Shown piece after piece: positions 28,305-37,627 of a DNA stretch of 64,000 bases. The notes under the pieces were generated by a model, which saw only the letters and a program-made list of their open reading frames with translations, was not told where the DNA came from and did not search any database. The stretch is taken from NCBI GenBank assembly GCA_037305845.1, contig CP147778.1:2880001-2944000 (forward strand), in the 5' to 3' direction. The stretch is from Candidatus Freyarchaeum deiterrae. Its GTDB lineage: Archaea > Asgardarchaeota > Jordiarchaeia > Jordiarchaeales > Jordiarchaeaceae. The position numbers and the translations under genes were made by a program. Position 1 is the stretch's first letter; each line of letters begins with the position of its first letter.

Positions 28305-30434
28305 TTAAGCTTTCACTCTACGGAAGTAGTACACCAAACCAACAGCAAGCACCACACCTACTACACAAGCAACACCCACAGCAGCGTAAACCATCGGACT
28401 GGTGCCTCCCTGCGTTCCAGCCAACGACAGCAGTATCAGAGATAGTGCTGGTTGCCACGAAGCCACGGTGAAGGACACTGAAGCGGTGGCGTTGTTACCC
28501 GCAAGGTCCCAGGCCCTAACATCAACAATGTGTAGGCCGTCGGACAAGTTGCTGAACGTGTAGCTGGTACTCGTTCCCATGTTGATCCAGGAGCCGTTGT
28601 CAATCCTGACATCGCAGTAGCTTATACCCGTACCACCAGTGTCGCTGCCGGTCCAGTTCACCGTAACACTACCAGTATTAAACGTCATACTATTGCTAGG
28701 AGAGGTTATGGCAACCGTGGGCGGAGTGGTGTCCACGATGAAGGACACTGAGGCGGTGGCGTTGTTACCCGCAAGGTCGAAGACCCTAACATCCACAGTG
28801 TGAGAACCGTCTGAGAGACCGGTGAAATTGTGGCTGGTACTCGTACCCACACTGGTCCAGTTTCCGCCGTCGATTCTGACCGCGTAGTGATCTACTATCG
28901 AGGGGACGCTAACAGTCCAAGTGGTGGTTATGATACTGCCGGTGTTAAACAGCGTACCATTGGTGGGTGAGGTGATGCTCACTGTGGGCGCGGTGGTGTC
29001 CACGGTGAATGTTTCCTGGTGGGATGTAGACATGTCGACTGTCCTAGGGTTGCTTCCTGCGATGGGGATCCCCTGATAGTACACGGTAACAGTGGTGGTG
29101 TTCGTAATCGTGGTATCGTTTGTTATGAATGTCCGGTAGGCGACAGCAATCCAGGGGGTGACACCATTAGAGTCGGTTTGAGGGTCTGAGCCACCAAAGT
29201 AAGACGAGCGATACACACTTGTTCCATCGGTCACAACATTAACTTCCGCACCCGAAATAGGGAAGCCCAGAACATCGGTGACGTTCACACGCAGATAGTA
29301 GGCCTCCACGCTACCCGTAAAATCATTATTAATACTGCCACTAATCCAAGAGTACCCTCCAGATTTACTGTTTAAAGCGGTGTTACCCGTAAGATTGTTG
29401 TTCGAGCTGTATTGTAGGTAGAAGCCGTAGTTGTTGTTTGTGGCGTTGTTACCATTAAGATTATTATTGTTACATCTATCACTTAGGAAGAAGCCGTTGC
29501 CGGTGTTGTTGTTTGCTGTGTTACCCGAAAGAGTATTATTATTCGAGGTTTGGTACAGGATGAAGCCGTATTGATAGTTGTTGTTTGCGGTGTTACCCGT
29601 AAGATTATTGTTCGAGCTGAAGTCTAGGCTGAAGCCCCAGTTGTTGTTGGTTGCGGTGTTACCCGTAAGAGTATTGTAGTTCGAGAATCTATATAGCCAG
29701 AAGCCTCTGACGTTGTTGTTGTTTGCTATGTTACCCGTAAGATTATTGTTCGAGCTGGAGTCTAGCCAGAAGCCCTGGCCGTTGTTGTTTGCTGTGTTAC
29801 CCGAAAGAATATTGCTCGAGCTGGAGGCTAGATAGAAGCCGTACCAGGGGTTGTTGTTTGCGGTGTTATTTGTAAGATTGTTGTTCGAACTGGAGGCTAG
29901 CCAGAAGCCTCTGTCGCCTTCGCTGTTTGCGGTGTTATTTGTAAGATTGTTGTTCGAACTGGAGACTAGGTAGAAGCCAAGGTCGTTGTTGGTTGCGGTG
30001 TTATTTGTAAGATTGTTGTAAGAGCTGGAGACTAGGTAAAAGCCGTATTGCCACCCTGTGACTGTGACGTTAAAGATGGTTACGTTGTTCCTCCCACTTA
30101 GGTAGAAGCCGTACTCGGTTCCGTTAGCGGGGCCCTGCACTGTGGATCCGTTTCCGTCTATCACTATGTTGTCCGCCAGCACATTTATCGTTTCAGTGTA
30201 GACGCCTCCGTTCAATGTTCTGCTGGAATCTATGTCCATCTTTGGTAGAATGATGGCGTTGTTAGGACTTGGCGAGACGCCCAGCAGGTAGGCGTTGATG
30301 AGCGGACAAGTGTTTTGGTTCTGGTTTTGAATTGCGGTGGCTGTGATGATAGTTGCTGTGAGGAGAACTGCTGCTAAGACTGCTGCTATCTTTAGTGCTT
30401 TTTTATTTGCTCTGATGTTTCTCATGTTTTTCAC
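28305..30434 (-). CDS. Cell-surface protein: signal/TM, NosD-like parallel beta-helix repeats, two Ig-like (Big-type) domains, C-terminal TM anchor
   Basis: Basic then hydrophobic N-terminus; about a dozen GFxLxSSSNNNLTGNTAxNN repeats; two DTTxPTVxITSP...GxHxVDVRxxDLAGNNATASVSF domains; C-terminal TM followed by RRVKA. Confidence 0.88.
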   Translation of the reverse strand: MKNMRNIRANKKALKIAAVLAAVLLTATIITATAIQNQNQNTCPLINAYLLGVSPSPNNAIILPKMDIDSSRTLNGGVYTETINVLADNIVIDGNGSTVQGPANGTEYGFYLSGRNNVTIFNVTVTGWQYGFYLVSSSYNNLTNNTATNNDLGFYLVSSSNNNLTNNTANSEGDRGFWLASSSNNNLTNNTANNNPWYGFYLASSSSNILSGNTANNNGQGFWLDSSSNNNLTGNIANNNNVRGFWLYRFSNYNTLTGNTATNNNWGFSLDFSSNNNLTGNTANNNYQYGFILYQTSNNNTLSGNTANNNTGNGFFLSDRCNNNNLNGNNATNNNYGFYLQYSSNNNLTGNTALNSKSGGYSWISGSINNDFTGSVEAYYLRVNVTDVLGFPISGAEVNVVTDGTSVYRSSYFGGSDPQTDSNGVTPWIAVAYRTFITNDTTITNTTTVTVYYQGIPIAGSNPRTVDMSTSHQETFTVDTTAPTVSITSPTNGTLFNTGSIITTTWTVSVPSIVDHYAVRIDGGNWTSVGTSTSHNFTGLSDGSHTVDVRVFDLAGNNATASVSFIVDTTPPTVAITSPSNSMTFNTGSVTVNWTGSDTGGTGISYCDVRIDNGSWINMGTSTSYTFSNLSDGLHIVDVRAWDLAGNNATASVSFTVASWQPALSLILLSLAGTQGGTSPMVYAAVGVACVVGVVLAVGLVYYFRRVKA
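29380..30050 (-). repeat. Intragenic tandem 66-72 bp repeats encoding beta-helix rungs
   Basis: Recurrent GTGTTACCCGTAAGATTATTGTTCGAGCTG / GTGTTATTTGTAAGATTGTTGTTCGAACTGG units. Confidence 0.85.
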
Positions 30435-30936
30435 TCAGTTTTTTATGGTTAGTTTTTTTGTTGTAGAAACAGTAAAGTTTCCACGTAGGGCAAGGCTCCA
30501 ATTTTTGGAGACCTTGTTTCCCCTTCTTCTTCTTGTTGCCTGTACACAGCGCAGAAAGAGGGGGATTAGCTGTTTCAGTTAGTTTATTCCTCTTCTCCCC
30601 TCTTCTCTTCTCCCGTTTCACCCGTATCGTTAACGGTTTCTAGTTAGTTAGCTATTCAACGCTCTTTTTGAATGATTTATGTAAGTCCTTTATATGCTAG
30701 TGTTATATTTTTTATATATTTTTGAACATTGTAATAAATGTTGTTATTGGGGAGGGACACGTGTTCTCATCGTTTAACTGGCTGCATTGAAGAAGGAACA
30801 GCCTGGTTGAAACTCCCCCTTATCTAATCCTAGTGATCTTACTTTGCTCTCTACATGCCGTAGTACTTCTTTCTGTTTATCCGTATAGGCAGTCTACGGT
30901 CGGCTTGGCTTGGATGGGATGATAGTGGGTGTGGGG

Positions 30937-31008
30937 CTTCATCCAGTTAGAGGAATGGATTTAAACACGTACCGCGGAAGCGGTTTTTAAAGAAATAGAA
31001 ATTAATTT
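30937..31008 (+). repeat. Imperfect ~70-bp direct repeat, copy 2 (right of the beta-helix gene)
   Basis: CTTCATCCAGTTAGAGGAATGGATTTAAACACGTACCGCGGAAGCGGTTTTTAAAGAAATAGAAATTAATTT. Confidence 0.75.
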
Positions 31009-31283
31009 TGTCAAAGCCTGCAAACAGAATTTACACAAATACTTCTTGTGAAAAAGGGGCTTGTTTTAGTTCCGAAGCTTGATTTTTTGAGAAAGGAGCG
31101 CTGTTAGGGTTAGCTGTGATTTTTCCGAAGAACAGATTACGCTTCTTTCGGTCTATCTTGGTGTTTTTAGTATCGTTGATTGGAACATGTTCGTTCACCT
31201 TTTCTTTTCTTTCTATTCTTTTCGTGTGTAAACAAAATATTTATTAGAAATATTCGCAAAACTAACATGGAAGTGATTAGTAA

Positions 31284-32741
31284 ATGACGCATTTTTCTTT
31301 TAGTTTTTCTCTTGTAGACCCTAATGGCAAAGAATTGAGTAGCGGAGAATGTGAAGCCGACCTTGAGGAAGACAGTCTTTCTATTCAACCAGAATCTGGT
31401 GATGCTTTGTTCATCTCACTTCGTGACATTCTTGAGATTTCGGCGGGAGATTATAAGATTAATCTTTTACTAAGCTCAAACGAGAAACTTAACCTTCTCA
31501 AACTCGGCCACAGTTATGAGGATTTCTTGAGAATTTTAAACGAGCAGCGAAATAATCTCATACTGAAAGATATGCTGGTTACTGAAAAACTTGCGAAGAA
31601 GTCCGATGTAGAAGCGAATTACACCTACACCGATGAAAACAACCAAAAGAAGCAGGAAGGAAAATGTACTCTTCGCTTGTACGAAACATCTCTGGTAGTG
31701 ATGCCTGAGAAGGCGGAGCTTATGAGAATTCCCATCAGTGATATTTCAGGATTTTCAAAGAAGGATTATTCACTTGTTGTTAATACAGAACTCGGAGAAA
31801 AACTGGTTTTCTCAATGATGGGAGCCCAGTTGGATCCCTTTACGAAAGCGTTGTCCGACGCAGACAATAAGCTCCAGCTCAAAGTGCAGTCTCTGCTAAA
31901 AGAGATTCTGCCAGAAATGGATCCGGCAACTATCAAAAAAGTATCCAAATTCATGAAAGAAGGAAGATTGGCTAAAAGAAGCGACATAGAATCGGTTTCC
32001 CCCGTGCTGTGGACAGCATTGGAAAAGAGGTTAGGTACTATAGGTATAAAAGAAGAATACGATTTCCTCAAATCACTGTCGCAACAAGAGAAGATTTGCA
32101 TGGGTATAAAACGCGGACTCATGGGAGAAATGACAGGCGATTACTTCTGGTTCTTTGTTCCCATTTACAGTACAGATCCCAAAAAGCCTGGAAACGCGGT
32201 AGCTATGGAGGCCTCCTCTGGCACGACAACATCTGGTGAGGAAGCTTCTAGTGAGGATACCTCCGGCGAGGAACCCCCTAGTGTGGATAATCCTGGTGGG
32301 GGCGCATCTGGTGAGGAAGCTTCTAGCGAGGATACCTCTGAGGAGGGTGCCACTGGTGAGGGTGTTGGAAGAGCGACTTACTTCTTTAGAATAGTCAGCA
32401 GAGACGATTATCCCCAGTATAAGAACGTAGAAGATTTGCACAAAGAATTTGACGAACTTACCAAAAAAATAAGTAGGTGCATGATTGATATAAACTTCAG
32501 GCGAGAGCCAATATACTTGCCAGATGAACGATTGGATGAGCCGAAATACTTGAAGTACAAATTTGCAGTTTTGAGGTCGCCCTCTCTTCGAATTCTTCGC
32601 ACCCGCTTCATAGGCAGAGTAATTCACAGTTCCCCTGAACAGTGGAAAAAAGACGTAACCGATTTGCTGAAGTTTAACGTGAGCGCGAAGGATGACTCCG
32701 TGAGATGGAAGAAAGAAGCAAATGAAGGCGAAGAAAAATAA
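31284..32741 (+). CDS. Hypothetical protein with two PH-like domains and an acidic duplicated insert
   Basis: Two similar beta-rich units (LFISLRDILEISAGDYKINL / MRIPISDISGFSKKDYSLVV); SGEEASSEDTS occurs twice (34-bp repeat at 32230-32263 and 32305-32338); conserved-looking ATYFFR and INFRREPIY. Confidence 0.7.
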   Translation: MTHFSFSFSLVDPNGKELSSGECEADLEEDSLSIQPESGDALFISLRDILEISAGDYKINLLLSSNEKLNLLKLGHSYEDFLRILNEQRNNLILKDMLVTEKLAKKSDVEANYTYTDENNQKKQEGKCTLRLYETSLVVMPEKAELMRIPISDISGFSKKDYSLVVNTELGEKLVFSMMGAQLDPFTKALSDADNKLQLKVQSLLKEILPEMDPATIKKVSKFMKEGRLAKRSDIESVSPVLWTALEKRLGTIGIKEEYDFLKSLSQQEKICMGIKRGLMGEMTGDYFWFFVPIYSTDPKKPGNAVAMEASSGTTTSGEEASSEDTSGEEPPSVDNPGGGASGEEASSEDTSEEGATGEGVGRATYFFRIVSRDDYPQYKNVEDLHKEFDELTKKISRCMIDINFRREPIYLPDERLDEPKYLKYKFAVLRSPSLRILRTRFIGRVIHSSPEQWKKDVTDLLKFNVSAKDDSVRWKKEANEGEEK

Positions 32742-32783
32742 GAATAAGCAATTCATACATGAATAAAAGAAGGAGATTAAATC

Positions 32784-33134
32784 ATGACAGTAGGATATAA
32801 GCACGCATGTAATTACTGCGGCAAATTAATCCCCCTGGACTCTACTGCTTGTCCGTTTTGCGGGAAGGTAAATCCAGTGGGACCATTAAGGTGCCCAAAG
32901 TGCCGCAGTCCCGTCGAGAAAGGTTGGATAAAGTGTAACAATTGTGGATTATCCTTGGAAATGGTTTGCCCGTTCTGCAAACAGAAAACAGGCTTTGGAG
33001 ACTACTGCGAACACTGCGGTGAACTCATATCAGTTACTTGTGAAAAGTGCAAAATGACACAACCACGGCTGGGTGAGAAATGTTTAAATTGCGGCAAACC
33101 ACTACCAAAACTTAAGAAAGGAGGTAAAAAGTAA
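32784..33134 (+). CDS. Multi-zinc-ribbon (DZR-type) protein
   Basis: Eight CxxC motifs in 116 aa; AGGAG SD. Confidence 0.85.
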   Translation: MTVGYKHACNYCGKLIPLDSTACPFCGKVNPVGPLRCPKCRSPVEKGWIKCNNCGLSLEMVCPFCKQKTGFGDYCEHCGELISVTCEKCKMTQPRLGEKCLNCGKPLPKLKKGGKK

Positions 33135-33841
33135 TGGTAAAAATGCAAGCGTTTACCAAAAATATGGACGACAATAGCACTGAGGCAGGTTTTCAGTTTA
33201 CATTCTTCTGCGACATCTGTGAAAGCGGTTACAAATCCGAATTTATACCCTCTAAAACTTACAAGAAAGGAGGTTTGATGCGCGGCCTTGGAAAAGCTAT
33301 GAATGTCGGAGCACAACTCGGAGCAGGCATAGCTAGCTATAAAGGTTTAGATAATATATCGAGCGCAGCTAGCAACATAGGAGGCGCAGCTTCCCAGGCT
33401 CCAGACCTACTTTCCGAACGTTTTCAAGGCATGCCTCCAGCATGGCACAAAGAACATGAAGCAGCCTTCGATATGGCAGTAAACGAGGCTAAGAGCAAAT
33501 TCCAGCGCTGCCCGAGATGTCATAAATGGGTCTGTGAAAACGATTGGAACTCAGAGGAAGGACTTTGCACTGATGACGCACCAAACGTAGCCACTGAAGT
33601 TGCAGCTGCAAAGGCACAGAGAGCTAAGGACCAGATATGGGAAAAGGCTAAGGAAGCTGATGTTTTCACTGGTAAAATTGAGTCGAAACAAACCCTTTGT
33701 CCTCAATGCGGCAAACCAGCAGGCTCAGGTAAGTTCTGTCAGAATTGTGGAGCACCACTTGCAATGAGTGCATGTCCGAAGTGTGGAGCAACAAATCCAG
33801 CAGGAACCAAATTCTGTGGCGAGTGTGGAGCTAAACTATAA
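33134..33841 (+). CDS. Zinc-ribbon domain protein with a Gly/Ala-rich segment and C-terminal double zinc ribbon
   Basis: CDIC, CPRC..VC..LC, CPQC/CQNC/CPKC/CGEC; stop/start overlap (TAATG) with the upstream gene. Confidence 0.85.
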   Translation: MVKMQAFTKNMDDNSTEAGFQFTFFCDICESGYKSEFIPSKTYKKGGLMRGLGKAMNVGAQLGAGIASYKGLDNISSAASNIGGAASQAPDLLSERFQGMPPAWHKEHEAAFDMAVNEAKSKFQRCPRCHKWVCENDWNSEEGLCTDDAPNVATEVAAAKAQRAKDQIWEKAKEADVFTGKIESKQTLCPQCGKPAGSGKFCQNCGAPLAMSACPKCGATNPAGTKFCGECGAKL

Positions 33842-34125
33842 ACTCGCACAATATCCACTTTTTTAATACTCAGTGAAAAACAAAGACCATTAATCTCCCA
33901 AGCGTAGTATTAACAATAACTTTTAGGAACTTGTAACGAAAAATTTTTTTCCATTTTTCTTTCTTCCCCCTTAATTATGTTTTTTTAATTTTATTCCCGA
34001 AGCCCTCTATTCAAAAGATTGATAGTTGCTTTCCAGCTTCTAGGTTGTTTTATGAGTTTTTCGTTAAAACCCTTTCTTCTCTCAATTGTTATTTTAAAAA
34101 AAGGGTGCTTACTATTGTGATTGGT

Positions 34126-35229
34126 TTAAGTTGTGAACATTGTTGTTGGTCGTAGTTCTTTTTCCATTACTCCTATGAGTATCATGGATAGGTTTGCGCT
34201 TGCGATCATTTTTGAGGGTTCTCCCAGTGGTCCTGCTGCTTTTTCGTAGTAGAATATTGGGAGTATGGCGTCGAATCTTCCTTTTTCTCTGGTCTTTAAT
34301 ATGAGTTGATTGAATTCCACGAATTTTTGTTCTATCTGGCTTCTTAGGTAGGATGAGGGGGCTTGAACAAATGCTGCTTTTATTAGCTCCGCATTGTAGA
34401 TGACCGTTTGGGCGGTGTCAATCGCTGTTAGGTAGTCTTCCTCCTGAAACGCTTTTTCCATTATTGGCACTAGGTAGTTTAATGTTTTTGTTAGTAGGGC
34501 TTCCTCCTCCTGATTGTTGACGTGCTCGGGTTGCACGGTTTTAAGGGTGCACTCAGCCTGCTGAATCATTTCGAAGGCAAAGTCTTTCATTGATTTTTTA
34601 AGGTCGGGAGCCTTCTCCGCCTTCTCGTCTAGGGCTTTTATTAATCCCACGAAGTCTGAGAAAACACTGCACAACTCTATTGCTAAGCAGGCTTGGAAGA
34701 ATAACTCTGAATCTTCGTCATCTCTCGCTCTTATGAGATTAACACTCGTTTCTGCTTCTTTAAAATACGTGTAAGCGAAAATCAGCCATTCAAAACCCAG
34801 GTAGGATCTTACCTTTCCATACGTTTCAGTCAGCAAAACCTTAGCTGAAGTCACCTTTTCCTCCGCTTCTGCTAGTTTGTCTTTGAAGTCTCTTTCAATC
34901 ACGCCGTCTATTTTACTCTTTAGAAGAGTGAGTAGAACAATGTTGGAGAGCAAAGCGGATACCGCTAATAAATCATATCCACAATCTAAGAGGGTATCAA
35001 CCATTTCCTTGTTTCCAAGAATATCCATGTAACAGTTAACCATACCCGATGGAAAATTCGGTCTGATAGAATCATTAACCTCTTTGAATAGAGAATCATG
35101 CTCCTTCTTCTTTTTTTCAATGAGCGTGTTAATAAGCTCATGCATTGCTGGCGAGTAAAAACCCAATTTTGCTTCCTTTATTTTGGTTCCCTTCTCTTCA
35201 TTTATAAGAGAAAAAGATAAGGTAAGCAT
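34126..35229 (-). CDS. Hypothetical all-alpha-helical protein (start uncertain)
   Basis: Long ORF with an amphipathic helical pattern and no recognisable motif. Confidence 0.65.
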   Translation of the reverse strand: MLTLSFSLINEEKGTKIKEAKLGFYSPAMHELINTLIEKKKKEHDSLFKEVNDSIRPNFPSGMVNCYMDILGNKEMVDTLLDCGYDLLAVSALLSNIVLLTLLKSKIDGVIERDFKDKLAEAEEKVTSAKVLLTETYGKVRSYLGFEWLIFAYTYFKEAETSVNLIRARDDEDSELFFQACLAIELCSVFSDFVGLIKALDEKAEKAPDLKKSMKDFAFEMIQQAECTLKTVQPEHVNNQEEEALLTKTLNYLVPIMEKAFQEEDYLTAIDTAQTVIYNAELIKAAFVQAPSSYLRSQIEQKFVEFNQLILKTREKGRFDAILPIFYYEKAAGPLGEPSKMIASANLSMILIGVMEKELRPTTMFTT

Positions 35230-35446
35230 TTAAAACTTTATCTCTTTGAGCACCGATTTTAAAAAATTTAGACCCTGCCTCTTAAAAGGGGGTCTAAGTG
35301 TCTTTTTAGTGACTTTTCGTTTCACATCCCTGATTTCTATTAATAATATTCATTTGTGGCTGCAGCCTTGATTTCAGTTCAAATTATGTATATTCGTTCA
35401 TTAAGTGTCATTATTGAGTTTGTGTGCCCTTTTTTTGTGGTTTGGT

Positions 35447-37009
35447 TTATTCTTCCATTTTTATTCTGAAGTGCTGGTCGTACGCGTTCTTAACTCTGGT
35501 TGCTGTATTTGAGTCGACTGCACCCAGCCTTTCGAGAAGGCTAATCCCCTTTGAGAACTCTTGAGCGATTTCCGGGTTTAGGAGATAATTGAAGTTTCTC
35601 AGGCCAACCTCAAAATTCTTGTTGGCATTACCTCTCTCAATCTCGTTCTGGTAGTCATTCGCTAGTCTACTGATTCCCTTTAGTCTTACTACCTGCCTCC
35701 TATCAGTTATGGTTACAGGAGACACCACTTCATAGGCTCTTCTCTGCCCCCTCCGATACTCTCCCACATAGAAGGGTACGTAAATTAGGAGGGTCTGGTC
35801 GTTTGGTAAGCGTTTCAGAGGGATGGTGAACTCTTCATACTCTATTATTGCTTTATCGGTTTTATCCTTCCAAGACTGGAAAGCATTGACTAACTGTTCT
35901 CTGAGGGCCTTTGCCTCTTCAATGGCGTCCTCGTACTCCTCTATCTCGGAAGCAAGGTTGTCAAGGTTTTCCTCGAGTTCCGACTCAATCTCATCCTGTC
36001 TCTTTTTGTAATCGGATTCGAGTCTCCTCGTCTCCCGATCCTTATCAGAGTAGAACTTGTCCACTTCTCTTTTATGAGATAGGTATTCTCCCTCGAGTTC
36101 TCTGAGGTAATCTCTCAGTTCATCAACAGTGTCCCTAAAATCACTTATCTCATCGAGCATTTCGTATACGTCCTCGGTTTCAACCATTGTCCTAACAGTA
36201 TCCGCATGCTCCGAAATGTCCTTTAATAAATCATAAAGAACACTTCCTGGTCCGGGCATCTTCAGGTCAGGTTTGGATTCCGCAAGATTGGAAGCTAGGC
36301 TTTCTTTCTTCACCTTCTCATCCTGTAATTTCTCCTGTGTTTCTGATTTCAGCTCCTCTTCTTTTTCTTTGTAATCGCTCTTAATGTTTTTGTACTGCTC
36401 AGTAGCGGCCTCGATTCGTGATTCTATGATTTCCAGGGTCGCCTTGTGTTTTTTCTTCTCTCTTTCAATAAGACCATTGGTGGGAAACCATTCAAGATAG
36501 CTTTCATCTAGAAACTCCTTGTCAATCGTGTAGGATGGCTCAATTACTTCAAACTGCTTCACGTTAGTCCACTCTTCAAGCCTGGGCAGGAGATCCTTAA
36601 TCTCCGAAGTGCAATCCTCACCCAGCCACCCCCTCATCTTCACCCCTTTGGGCCTCGACTGGTAACCCGACACCGCCGTTTTTACATAATCTTTGAGCTG
36701 TTCAACAAAGGCGAAAAAGTCCCCCTCATTGAGGTTAAAGGGAATATCAAAATCTAGGATCTGAAGATTAATCTTTGAGGATGAAAAGTCACTCCCATCA
36801 AAAACTAGTGCCTTGCTTTCATCCAGTGGGTGGACCCAGAGGGGGCAGGAAAACTTGGAAACTGAAACCAAGTCATCATCCCTTTTTCTCTCAAGTTCAA
36901 TCAAGAGTAAAGCGATAGCTGTCTCCACACTGTCCAAGTCCTTAGACGCTATCAAACTACCTGAGGGAGGCAGCATAAAGGGAACTGCAAAAATTCTATC
37001 AGACTTCAT
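35447..37009 (-). CDS. Hypothetical protein with a long central acidic coiled coil between globular N- and C-terminal parts
   Basis: Glu/Lys/Leu heptads over aa ~185-395; N-terminal SKFSCPLWVHP..VFDG and C-terminal LIYVPFYVGEY. Confidence 0.75.
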   Translation of the reverse strand: MKSDRIFAVPFMLPPSGSLIASKDLDSVETAIALLLIELERKRDDDLVSVSKFSCPLWVHPLDESKALVFDGSDFSSSKINLQILDFDIPFNLNEGDFFAFVEQLKDYVKTAVSGYQSRPKGVKMRGWLGEDCTSEIKDLLPRLEEWTNVKQFEVIEPSYTIDKEFLDESYLEWFPTNGLIEREKKKHKATLEIIESRIEAATEQYKNIKSDYKEKEEELKSETQEKLQDEKVKKESLASNLAESKPDLKMPGPGSVLYDLLKDISEHADTVRTMVETEDVYEMLDEISDFRDTVDELRDYLRELEGEYLSHKREVDKFYSDKDRETRRLESDYKKRQDEIESELEENLDNLASEIEEYEDAIEEAKALREQLVNAFQSWKDKTDKAIIEYEEFTIPLKRLPNDQTLLIYVPFYVGEYRRGQRRAYEVVSPVTITDRRQVVRLKGISRLANDYQNEIERGNANKNFEVGLRNFNYLLNPEIAQEFSKGISLLERLGAVDSNTATRVKNAYDQHFRIKMEE

Positions 37010-37142
37010 AGCTCTCACACTTCAAACTGAATATTAAAGCCATTAATTTAATTACATCCTAGCAAGTCCTAATAATTCTAAACCAACTTAAATCAGTTAT
37101 TCTCGGAGGAGGGGGCCTGACTTCACAGGAAAGGTAAGTTTT

Positions 37143-37424
37143 TCACTGGGAGATTTCCACGGTTTTTACGTTTTCGGTCAAGTCGTGATCTATGATTATT
37201 CTCATTTTTCCTCCGGCTGAGTCGACGCTTGCCTTCTTGCCTATAAACCGGACACGGCAACCATTAACCGTTACTTGGTTCGCTACCTCTTCGGTAATTG
37301 TACGTTCTTCACCTTTACCAGACTCTTCTCCAGATAAAATTATTACCATTAGCCTCCAATTAACGTTTTCTAAGGTTAAATCAACCTTTTGGACACCCTC
37401 ATAAGTCGTCCTCTTCTTAACCAT
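37143..37424 (-). CDS. Small beta-rich hypothetical protein
   Basis: Start reassigned to ATG 37424 (AGGAG SD); 93 aa. Confidence 0.6.
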   Translation of the reverse strand: MVKKRTTYEGVQKVDLTLENVNWRLMVIILSGEESGKGEERTITEEVANQVTVNGCRVRFIGKKASVDSAGGKMRIIIDHDLTENVKTVEISQ

Positions 37425-37627
37425 TAAATCATCTCCTACAAATTTACTATACTTTAAAGTAAAAAGTTTTGTGCTTAGTGAAATTAGACCCATACACTGC
37501 CTCTCAAGAAATCTGCATCTATTCTTAAAGAAGCCTTGTTTTAAAGATGCCTAATGGCAAGATTCAATAGGAAGCTTTTCCTTTCTTTATTCTATATGCT
37601 TCTTAATTTTGACGAGAGGTTGTAATC

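Noticed and set aside
30337-30621. ORFs 30337..30582 (+) and 30403..30621 (-) as real genes
   Set aside because: Low-complexity translations of purine/pyrimidine tracts that overlap the start of the beta-helix gene; no motifs.
32073-32804. 243-aa minus-strand ORF, and the many other short antisense ORFs inside long genes
   Set aside because: They lie antisense to well-supported CDSs, have atypical composition and show no recognisable motifs.
35268-35297. Inverted repeat TTAGACCC-n14-GGGTCTAA as a mobile-element end
   Set aside because: Only 8 bp, single occurrence, and no transposase or target duplication; at most a terminator or operator.
37143-37424. Small protein ending in Gln as a Pup-like modifier for the GCS2 ligase
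   Set aside because: It lacks the GG[QE] terminus and looks folded and beta-rich rather than disordered; a terminal Q alone is not evidence.
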